Source: Laetmonice hystrix (taxonomy: Eukaryota). From it: a stretch of DNA of 64,000 bases. Positions 40,340-50,117 of the stretch are shown here, piece by piece. The notes under the pieces are model-generated. The model was given only the letters and a program-made list of their open reading frames with translations, was not told where the DNA came from and ran no database searches. A program made the position numbers and the translations under genes. The stretch is taken from the NCBI GenBank assembly GCA_965235115.1, contig OZ249436.1, forward strand, positions 932,001 to 996,000. The letters run 5' to 3'. Every line of letters begins with the position of its first letter. Within the stretch, counting starts at the first letter, position 1.

Positions 40340-40394
40340 AATTATTCTGAAATGGAGCTGGGAATCTTGAAGCTTGTTGCTGTTTTCATCATAG
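40340..40394 (+). CDS. rho: Rhomboid coding exon 5
   Basis: ctgcag|NYSEMELGILKLVAVFII G|gtaaag; 55 nt, phases fit both neighbours. Confidence 0.9.
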
Positions 40395-40519
40395 GTAAAG
40401 GACTGACTTGGTATAAATTCTAATCTAGTTCTAATTCTAACCTTCCGGGTTGATGTTACTAACGCTTGGTAGTACTCTTGGTGTCTATGATAATAAATAA
40501 CGACCCTAATAGAATTAAC

Positions 40520-40712
40520 TTATTATCTTAACTTATCTTATCCTATCGTTATCTTATCTTATCCTATCGTTATCTTATCTTATCTTATCGTTATCTTATC
40601 TTATTTCATCGTTATCTTATCTTATCTTCTCGTTATCTTATCTTATTTCATCGTTATCTTATCTTATTTCATCGTTATCTTATCTTATCTTCTCGTTATC
40701 TTATCGTTATCT
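40520..40712. repeat. (TTATC)n degenerate microsatellite
   Basis: Read directly. Confidence 0.9.
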
Positions 40713-40772
40713 GTACCTGAATGTGTCTTTCACTAGCAGATGTATCACATAAACCGATTGTTTTTGTTCCAG

Positions 40773-41002
40773 CGTCCGCCGACGTTGGTTTCGCGATTTG
40801 GGACCGGTACACGGGCGACGACGCGACGCCACCTGTCGGCTATGTGGCGCATATCATGGGGGCGTTGGCTGGACTGACGATCGGCCTTTTGGTTCTGAAA
40901 AACTTTGAACAAAAACTCCACGTGCAGATCATGTGGTGGGTGGCCCTAGGTGTGTACACGGTTTGTACAGTGTTCGCCATTCTATGGAACATATTCTATT
41001 AG
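40773..41002 (+). CDS. rho: Rhomboid terminal coding exon 6 (catalytic His)
   Basis: ccag|CG SADVGFAIWDRY...VGYVAHIMGALAGLTIG...WNIFY*; spliced CDS 873 nt = 290 aa plus stop. Confidence 0.97.
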
Positions 41003-42234
41003 ATAAATACACAGATAATACTCAAGTGGCTGGCATCACGAAACTCTCCGAGCATGGCAATATGGGGCTAGATCTATAAATAGAGACCTCTCGTACCCGC
41101 GCTGGACGTGGACATGCACAGAGTCAGGCATAGCAAACATTGCGTAGGTTTTTATAACGGAAAGGCAGTCAATTCGTGAGACAGACACGATGAGAAGCAG
41201 TTGGTTGGAGCGGCGTGGACAACGTCTGTCGGGGAGATTGAACTGCTCCTATTCTGACCTGAACTGACCTGAATATATCGGTTTGTCTGAAGTTCTGTAT
41301 GCTGAAATCTCTAGTCGATCTCTACAGGTCAGGACTGAACCCCCGGGGACCAAGTAGGGCGGTCATCTCCGATATCAGTTCGAGGATTTTAAGGCAATTT
41401 TGAGGCTGGTATCAAATGAAACGTGAGCGGACATAACCTCGGTATTTTGCCTTAAATCATGTTCTGTATGAAGGTCTAGATCTATCGGGAATTCCTGACA
41501 AGTTGTGATTGGGTAAAGGTCTAAAGGTCGCGGATAACGCTACATGCCCCTGACCAGACATGTGTCCGTCAGTGAGTGACGGTTGTGATGACGGCCTGTT
41601 GGACAGGGCCCGTACCTCAACGTTTTCTTTATTCTGAGTGAAGACAATCATTTCATCTGTCATCAGCACCATAAACTCATACCCATTACCACCGCCCCGT
41701 CTTGGTGAACCCCACCTTTACCTGCTTGAAGATCGCACCGGTTGCTGACCCCATCTTGAATTAAAAAAAACAACATTTTCATAATTATTTGACTGAGCCT
41801 AATACTAATAGCCTGTTTATATTGTTTATAAAAGACCAGCTGCTTTTGTTAAAATTTCACATTTTTAACATTTTCATTCATTTCATCACTACATATCAGC
41901 CTAGTATGTCTGCTGTAATAATACGGTATCGATCTAAAGGGACGTTTGTTTCACTTGAAGTATTAGGAAACTTTTAATTTCTCCTCAAAGTTGAATATGA
42001 AAAAAAAATCCGTGAGGTTCTGTGAACAGATAATACGCAGCAACTATTCTGGCTAATTAGGTACAAACAAGCCAGGCACGCAATTAAGGCATTGAGTGTT
42101 TTAATTTGTCTAACAGGATCGAGCGATTTCCACGTGTATATAGTCATAGAATCATAATGTACATGGTATCCACGGGATGGCGTAGATGAACTCGGTAAGG
42201 TTGGCTGCAACATGATTATCTGATTAACTTTCAT

Positions 42235-42602
42235 GGTTACACGTGGAGTTACACGTGGAGTTACACGTGGAGTTACACGTGGAGTTACACGTGGAGTTAC
42301 ACGTGGAGTTACACGTGGGTTACACTCGGAGTGGTGTGATTGGTAAGTGATTACACGTGGAGTTACACGTGGGTTACACTTGGGTTACAGTCGGAGTGGT
42401 GTGATTGGTAAGTGGTTACACGTGGAGTTACACGTGGGTTACACTCGGAGTGGTGTGATTGGTTACACGTGGAGTTACACGTGGGTTACACTTGGAATGG
42501 TGTGATTGGTGATTATAGTATGGGTCACGTGGAATGGTCTGAATGCTTACAATAATCTGGGTTAAACGTGTATAGTTTTACACGTGGGTTACACGCGGAG
42601 TG
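42235..42602. repeat. GTTACACGTGGA-based repeat rich in CACGTG
   Basis: 12-bp tandem units followed by degenerate longer units. Confidence 0.85.
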
Positions 42603-42771
42603 GTGTGTACGGTATACAACATAGACGCTGTATAAATTGTGAAATAAATGACATAATTTATTTCTGTGTGTTAAGTGTGTTTATATCCAAGGAACTTCAG
42701 ATCCGTGAAGCCTAACGGTGAATCCGGCTTCGATATCGTTTTTTTTTATACAGGAGTCAATAACAGAGCAG

Positions 42772-42799
42772 AGGAGAGAGGGAGAGACAGAGAGAGAGC

Positions 42800-42848
<49 letters not shown>

Positions 42849-42870
42849 GGAAAGAGACAGAGAGAGAGAA
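42772..42870. repeat. (GA)n microsatellite
   Basis: Read directly. Confidence 0.95.
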
Positions 42871-43530
42871 CAAAAGAAAATAAAGAAAAAAAAAGAAAAA
42901 GTGAACTTGGTCTTAGTCGACTAGATACGCTCATCCTACCGTTTGAAGATCTGGACTTTGCCACAGAACTTTGCCACAGATCGACCCACTGACGGGGAAC
43001 GGGTTGTATTGCTACATCCCTTTGGAAGAGTCATGTCGCACTTTTCTCAGCCTTGCACCCTCCCGGCTCCAAGTGGACACTAAGTGACTCATCATACTGT
43101 CAGTGTTTGACCATCAGCACGTGTTGCCAGACTACGACCGAACGTGGACCCATGCAAGCTCCTTCTGACCCATCAGCCAGTTCATGGGAGACAGACCCGA
43201 GTCTATCTAAGCGATGCTTACAGACGTGACCGTTCATTGTACATGAAGGAGTAAAAGTTTTAATAGCAACTAATGCAATGTTTGCCCCTGACAGCATGGA
43301 TGACTTGGTTAGACATTCCTTTCCACGGACGGCCGAAGATTGCCGAAAGGACTCGAACGAGAATGAGAGAGATTCAAACAAAATATTCTCCTAAAAAAAC
43401 AGAGAAAAAAAACAGAGAAATTCATGTTTGTAGGCCAGCTTCCGTCACACTCGTTATTCGACAACCGAATCATTTCTATTCTATCACCAGAACTGTTCCG
43501 TAATATTGAAATCTCTACACATCTTGAGAT

Positions 43531-43677
43531 TTACTTTTGAAGTGCCATGGTAGCCATGTAGTATGCGCGGAGAAGATGTGCAACAACCTGACCGTATTCC
43601 AACATGTCGTTAGCAACCGTATCCAACGAACCGGGCCGGCCTCGTTCTGGTAACCCCAGAATGGACGCTTTTAAGTC
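43531..43677 (-). CDS. GRL101: GRL101-like GPCR, putative terminal exon (kinase-like tail, part 3)
   Basis: ttgcag|DLKASILGLPERGRPGSLDTVANDMLEYGQVVAHLLRAYYMATMALQK*; phase 0 matches the previous exon. Confidence 0.65.
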   Translation of the reverse strand, partial: DLKASILGLPERGRPGSLDTVANDMLEYGQVVAHLLRAYYMATMALQK

Positions 43678-44282
43678 CTGCAACGAGCGGAAGGTGGGTC
43701 TATAGGCACATACGATGGTCTGGATTTTATAGCCGGCGGGGTTAGGGGTGGACCTACTTAAATAGCCTATAACCCCCCCCCCCCAAAAAAAAAAAGAATT
43801 CTCGGTTTCTGGTTCGTGCGCGCGTCACCTCAGATGCCGCGCATCAGTGGTTTTTTTTACTTATCCTCACCTTGGATGGCTGTGTGAATTATGCTGCCAT
43901 CTAGCGGTAAGGCTTGAAACTAACCATGGATATTCCATTAAGATCCATTAACACTGCAACGGAAGTGTGTTGTATTCAAAGCGATGACAGCCAAGGTCAT
44001 GGTCCTTGTTTATGAGTTCATTTTACACGATAATTCTTATGAGGCTTGCCATTTTAGCCAGCTGTCACCCCAAAAAAAATCTTTAAAAAAAAAAACCAAA
44101 AAAAAAAACGCGTCACCGCACCACTTTTGAAATGTTCTTGAGACCAGAAACCGGGAAAAATTTGTTTGGCCTAAGCTAGCGCGGGAGATCTGGTTAATGT
44201 ATATGATTGTAGGGTACAAAGAATCCCTATCGAAGAAACCCTTTTGGAGTCCCTTCTGAAATGCGGGTCTACCTCAGCTTAC

Positions 44283-44482
44283 CTTGGTATCCAGTTCAAT
44301 CGTTTCTATGGTAACCCGACCAAGTCGGAGTCCGTCGGCGTGGATGTCCCGGATGACCTGCGCCACCTGGTGAGAGATTGTGTAGAGGACTGTGACGTCA
44401 CGCACGGCGTCTGCTCGCACACGGAGGTATTTGTCGAGCGTCTCGCGACCCTTACTGTCCGCCTCGTTCGAACATATCTTCA
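44283..44482 (-). CDS. GRL101: GRL101-like GPCR, C-terminal exon (kinase-like tail, part 2)
   Basis: ctcag|TG KICSNEADSKGRETLDKYL...HQVAQVIRDIHADGLRLGRVTIETIELDTK|gtaagc; 200 nt, phase 1 to 0. Confidence 0.7.
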
Positions 44483-44496
44483 CTGAGTAATAAATA

Positions 44497-46423
44497 TTTA
44501 GAGAAGATCACCAGTATGATATCATGTGTTGGGGTGTGTTTAGAGAAGATCACCAGTATGATATCATGTGATGGGGTGTGTTTAGAGAAGATCACCAGTA
44601 TATCATGTGTTGGGGTGTGTTTAGAGAAGATCACCAGTATGATATCATGTGTTGGGGTGTGTTTAGAGAAGATCACCAGTATGATATCATGTGATGGGGT
44701 GTGTTTAGAGAAGATCACCAGTATATCATGTGTTGGGGTGTGTTTAGAGAAGATCACCAGTATGATATCATGTGATGGTGTGTGTTTAGAGAAGATCACC
44801 AGTATGATATCATGTGTTGGGGTGTGTTTAGAGAAGATCACCACTATGATATCATGTGTTGGGGTGTGTTTAGAGAAGATCACCACTATGATATCATGTG
44901 TTGGGGTGTGTTTAGAGAAGATCACCAGTATGATATCATGTGTTGGGGTGTGTTTAGAGAAGATCACCAGTATGATATGTGTTGGGGTGTGTTTAGAGAA
45001 GATCACCAGTATGATATCATGTGTTGGGGTGTGTTTAGAGAAGATCACCAGTATGATATGTGTTGGGGTGTGTTTAGAGAAGATCACCAGTATGATATCA
45101 TGTGTTGGGGTGTGTTTAGAGAAGATCACCAGTATGATATCATGTGTTGGGGTGTGTTTAGAGAAGATCACCAGTATGATATGTGTTGGGGTGTGTTTAG
45201 AGAAGATCACCAGTATGATATCATGTGTTAGGGTGTGTTTAGAGAAGATCACCAGTATGATATGTGTTGGGGTGTGTTTAGAGAAGATCACCAGTATGAT
45301 ATCATGTGTTAGGGTGTGTTTAGAGAAGATCACCAGTATGATATCATGTGTTGGGGTGTGTTTAGAGAAGATCACCAGTATGATATCATGTGTTGGGGTG
45401 TGTTTAGAGAAGATCACCAGTATGATATCATGTGTTGGGGTGTGTTTAGAGAAGATCACCAGTATGATATCATGTGTTGGGGTGTGTTTAGAGAAGATCA
45501 CCAGTATGATATCATGTGTTGGGGTGTGTTTAGAGAAGATCATCAGTATGATATCATGTGTTGGGGTGTGTTTAGAGAAGATCACCAGTATGATATCATG
45601 TGTTGGGGTGTGTTTAGAGAAGATCACCAGTATGATATCATGTGATGGGGTGTGTTTAGAGAAGATCACCAGTATGATATCATGTGTTGGGGTGTGTTTA
45701 GAGAAGATCACCAGTATGATATCATGTGTTGGGGTGTGTTTAGAGAAGATCACCAGTATGATATCATGTGTTGGGGTGTGTTTAGAGAAGATCACCAGTA
45801 TGATTGTGTGTGTTGGGGTGTGTTTAGAGAAGATCACCAGTATGATATCATGTGTTGGGGTGTGTTTAGAGAAGATCACCAGTATGATATCATGTGTTGG
45901 GGTGTATTTATAAGAAGATCACCAGTATGATATCATGTGTTGGGGTGTGTTTAGAGAAGATCACCAGTATGATATCATGTGTTGGGGTGTGTTTAGAGAA
46001 GATCACCAGTATGATATCATGTGTTGGGGTGTGTTTAGAGAAGATCACCAGTATGATATCATGTGATGGGGTGTGTTTAGAGAAGACCACCAGTATGATA
46101 TCATGTGTTAGGGTGTGTTTAGAGAAGATCACCAGTATGATATCATGTGTTGGGGTGTGTTTAGAGAAGATCACCAGTATGATATCATGTGTTGGGGTGT
46201 GTTTAGAGAAGATCACCAGTATGATATCATGTGTTGGGGTGTGTTTAGAGAAGATCACCAGTATGATATCATGTGTTGGGGTGTGTTTAGAGAAGATCAC
46301 CAGTATGATATCATGTGTTGGGGTGTGTTTAGAGAAGATCACCAGTATGATATCATGTGTTGGGGGGTGTTTAGAGAAGATCACCAGTATGATTGTGTGT
46401 GTTGGGGTGTATTTAGAGAAGAT
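44497..46423. repeat. 42/39-bp minisatellite, about 46 copies, abutting a GPCR acceptor
   Basis: TTTAGAGAAGATCACCAGTATGATATCATGTGTTGGGGTGTG repeated. Confidence 0.97.
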
Positions 46424-46498
46424 TAAGAGGAAGAGCCTTGGACTAGAAAAAGAATTCATTCAGAATTCATTTGAAACTTTGCTTATCCAACTCAATAG

Positions 46499-48695
46499 TG
46501 GATTACAAATGAAATACTTGAGCAAATTCATGATAAGGATTACTTTTTAAGGAAGGCTAAAGAGACAGGCAACATGGATGACTGGAACATAGCTCGTAGG
46601 CTTAAAAACCGAGTAATAAATCTTGTTAGGTATTCCAAAGCAGACTATATTAAGAGTAATCTAGAAACATACAAAGACGATGCCAAAAAGTACTGGAGAA
46701 CCATCAAAAGTGTTCTGCCTGATGGAAAAAATAATGCTAACAGTGTAATCAAACTTAAGGACGAGACTGGAGAAGATGTTGAAAACTGTAGAACTGCCGC
46801 ATTTATAAACCAGTTCTTTGTTTCTATAGGACCTAAGTTAGCAAAACCCCTCAATGCTAAATGGACCTATTATGGACCCTCTTTAGACCAAACCTTTGAA
46901 CTCAAACCAATAACAAATGAATACACCAAAAAGTTAGTAAAGGCTATTAACACGAACAAGTCATCTGCTATTACAAACTTATCATCCCAAATATTAAAAG
47001 ATGCCTTTAGTGCTCTAGTCCCCGAATTAACTCATCTGCTCAACCTATCTTTAACCACCAATGTTATACCTCAAGCTTGGAAAGTTGCTAAGGTAGTGCC
47101 TCTGCCGAAAGACGGAAACTCTGAAGATGTAAATAATTGGAGACCCATATCTCTTTTGCCGCTACCTGGCAAACTCTTGGAAAAATCGGTACATACTCAA
47201 CTTATGGAACACCTTACTTCCAAAAATATTCTGGATAAAAATCAAGGAGGTTTCAGGAAAGGTTTCTCCACCACTTCAACAATAGCAAAACTTACTGATG
47301 ATATTTACTCCGCAATGAATAATTCCGAACTAACACTGGCAGTATTTATAGATTTTAAAAAAGCATTTGACACACTAGACCACGATATCCTGCTTATGAA
47401 AATGAAACATCTGGGTTTAAAGGACAATGCAGTTCAATGGTTCAAGAATTACCTACATGGCAGGACACAATTTACAGTAGCCAATGATATAACATCAAAC
47501 TCACTACCTATCACATGTGGAGTACCCCAAGGTTCCATACTGGGACCCCTACTTTTCCTGTGCTACATAAACGATCTGTCATCAGCTATTAAATCATCTA
47601 AACACAAGTTGTACGCTGACGACACTGCTGTTCATCAGTCAGGACCTGACATTAATACTATAAAATATAAATTGCAACATGACCTTAATTCTATTTCCAA
47701 ATGGTGTGATGAGAACCGTCTCACAATCAATGCAAAGAAAACAAAGGTCATGATTTTTGGCACACATCAGAAGCTTAAGAGGACTCAAGACCCTGAACTG
47801 AAAATTGGCGATTCAAAGCTAGATGTAGTACAGGAGTACAAGTACCTAGGTGTAACGTTGGATAAAACACTATCTTTTGTAAAGCATACCAAAAATGTTA
47901 TAAAAACAGCTAGCCAAAAACTCTATCTTTTGAACAAATTACGTCCTTACCTCACTGACTCTGCCTGTCTCCAAGTTTACAAATCCATGGTCCTTCCGTA
48001 TATAGAATATGGTGATGTCTTATATAGTTGTACGAACGTTAAACTACTGGACAAATTGCAACGTATTCAGAACAGAGGACTCAAATTGTGTTTTAGACTA
48101 CCTCAAACAACTGGTACCCTGGACATCCACCGAAAGGCCAAACTAAATTTCCTAACAGACAGGAGAGACTCTCATCTATTAAATGTAATGTTCCATCGAA
48201 GCAATGACCCAGACTATGTTGACAATAGAGAAATCCATACCAGGTTACATGACTATGTAACTCTGGTAGTACAACGCCCTAAGAACGCTTCATTCACTAA
48301 AAGTGTTTGTTACAGAGGAGGGAACATTTGGAATAACCTAGATCCCGTTGATAAACAGATGACAACTATAGAACGCTTTAAGTTTAGACAAAAGTCGGTC
48401 TTAAAGAGTAAACTGGCATAAGCCCTTTATTTTCCCGTAAAATAGATAATCGCCACATGCAGAATCACCTACTCGTAGTTAAGATATCATCTCATTACCA
48501 TCTCATTTTCTCTCATTAACCCACAAGTAGGTACCCATATATTACTTCTTAGCGTCATCTTGTATAAAAATATAATGTGTAAAGTTGATAAATTGTAACC
48601 TTTCTTGGACTGGGCGGTTTTGAAAACCGGTATCCCACATGTACCGAAAATCTCTCAGTATAAATAAATGAATGAAAAAAAAAAGAAAAAAAAAA
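46499..48695 (+). mobile_element. 5'-truncated non-LTR retrotransposon (CR1/L2-group LINE), antisense within a GPCR intron
   Basis: Open frame from WITNEILEQ (46499) to the stop at 48421; 3' UTR ending AATAAATGAATG plus an A-rich tail (about 48663-48695). Confidence 0.9.
46574..48421 (+). CDS. LINE ORF2 reverse transcriptase domain (endonuclease missing)
   Basis: Motifs NWRPISLL, NQGGFRKG, DFKKAFD, GVPQGSILGPLLF, YADD, YKYLGV. Confidence 0.95.
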   Translation: MDDWNIARRLKNRVINLVRYSKADYIKSNLETYKDDAKKYWRTIKSVLPDGKNNANSVIKLKDETGEDVENCRTAAFINQFFVSIGPKLAKPLNAKWTYYGPSLDQTFELKPITNEYTKKLVKAINTNKSSAITNLSSQILKDAFSALVPELTHLLNLSLTTNVIPQAWKVAKVVPLPKDGNSEDVNNWRPISLLPLPGKLLEKSVHTQLMEHLTSKNILDKNQGGFRKGFSTTSTIAKLTDDIYSAMNNSELTLAVFIDFKKAFDTLDHDILLMKMKHLGLKDNAVQWFKNYLHGRTQFTVANDITSNSLPITCGVPQGSILGPLLFLCYINDLSSAIKSSKHKLYADDTAVHQSGPDINTIKYKLQHDLNSISKWCDENRLTINAKKTKVMIFGTHQKLKRTQDPELKIGDSKLDVVQEYKYLGVTLDKTLSFVKHTKNVIKTASQKLYLLNKLRPYLTDSACLQVYKSMVLPYIEYGDVLYSCTNVKLLDKLQRIQNRGLKLCFRLPQTTGTLDIHRKAKLNFLTDRRDSHLLNVMFHRSNDPDYVDNREIHTRLHDYVTLVVQRPKNASFTKSVCYRGGNIWNNLDPVDKQMTTIERFKFRQKSVLKSKLA

Positions 48696-48704
48696 GTACG
48701 ATAC

Positions 48705-48774
48705 CTTGTACTCGCTTTCCTTGCCAGCCGGTGCAGCCAACGATACTGGGTTCTATCTGGGATGCTTTCTGCCA
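48705..48774 (-). CDS. GRL101: GRL101-like GPCR, small exon (tail part 1)
   Basis: atatag|WQKASQIEPSIVGCTGWQGKRVQ G|gtatcg; 70 nt, phase 0 to 1, bridging the phase mismatch between 49807 and 44482. Confidence 0.55.
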
Positions 48775-48999
48775 CTATATCAAAGACAATGGTGAGATAT
48801 CATTTTATTTGACTGAGCTTGTAATCCTAGGAAGGTTGTTCCGTTTGTGTCTACCTAGGATGACCTTTACGACGAGTGGGCCGGTTGTAAGTAGTATATG
48901 ACAAGAGTCCAAAGAGGCAGGCGATCACCCAACATTGAATCGTAACGTTTACACAAAGTCGCTCTTCAAGCCTCATTTTTGTTTAAAATCGCCGTTTCT

Positions 49000-49827
49000 G
49001 AGACTTACCGGGAACTGTAATGTTAGGAGACTCACCGGGAACTGTAATGTTAGGAGACTCACCGGAAACTGTAATGTTAGGAGACTCACCGGAAACTGTA
49101 ATGTTAGGAGACTCACCGAGAACTGTAATGTTAGGAGACTCATCGGGAACTCTAATGTTAGGAGACTCACCGGAAACTGTAATGTTAGGAGACTCACCGG
49201 AAACTGTAATGTTAGGAGACTCACCGGAAACTGTAATGTTAGGAGACTCACCGGGAACTCTAATGTTAGGAGACTCATCGGGAACTCTAATGTTAGGAGA
49301 CTCACCGGGAACTCTAATGTTAGGAGACTTACCGGGAACTGTAATGTTAGGAGACTCACCGGGAACTGTAATGTTAGGAGACTCACCGGGAACTGTAATG
49401 TTAGGAGACTCACTCGGAACTGTAATGTTAGGAGACTCACCGGGAACTGTAATGTTAGGAGACTTACCGATAACTGTAATGTTATGAGACTCACCGATAA
49501 CTGTAATGTTAGGAGACTCACCGGGAACTGTAATGTTAGGAGACTCACCGGGAACTGTAATGTTAGGAGACTTACCGGGAACTGTAATGTTAGGAGACTC
49601 ACCGGGAACTGCAATGTTAGGAGACTCACCGGGAACTGTAATGTTAGGAGACTCACTCACCGGGAACTGTAATGTTAGGAGACTCACTCACCGGGAACTG
49701 TAATGTTAGGAGACTCACCGGGAACTGTAATGTTAGGAGAACTGTAATGTTAGGAGACTCACCGAGAACTCTAATGTTAGGAGAACTGTAATGTTAGGAG
49801 ACTCACCGGGAACTGTAATGTTAGGAG
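49000..49827 (-). repeat. 27-bp minisatellite, about 30 copies, made from the TM7-exon donor
   Basis: Minus-strand unit CTCCTAACATTACAGTTCCCG|GTGAGT. Confidence 0.95.
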
Positions 49828-49931
49828 GGTATACAGGAAAGGGTTGAGCGCCGAGTTCACAGGAAGGATGAAGACTACCGTCCAGGCATACACCACACCA
49901 GGCACCCGCACGTCAAGTAAAGCCATCAGAC
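49807..49931 (-). CDS. GRL101: GRL101-like GPCR, TM7 exon
   Basis: tttcag|GT LMALLDVRVPGVVYAWTVVFILPVNSALNPFLYTLLTLQFP|gtgagt; NSxxNPxxY motif; missed by the ORF track. Confidence 0.92.
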
Positions 49932-50117
49932 CTGAAACGGTATCACGTTATGATTGTGACGTCATCATCAAGCAGCAGACATGGGACCACGGGAGACGTC
50001 ACAGTTATTGTGACATCATCAGCCAGCAGAAGTACGACGTCATGGGATGTTAAGATGATTTTTACTCCATCACTACAGGAAGCAGAACATAGAGTCTACC
50101 AATTTTCACTATTATGT

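Noticed and set aside
43100..43381. Minus-strand 93-aa ORF as a further GPCR exon
   Set aside because: The upstream exon already reaches TAA at 43531, and there is no recognisable homology
44452..46550. ORFs of about 470 aa apparently leading into the LINE
   Set aside because: Artefact of the 42-bp repeat; not LINE ORF1 and not in frame with the RT
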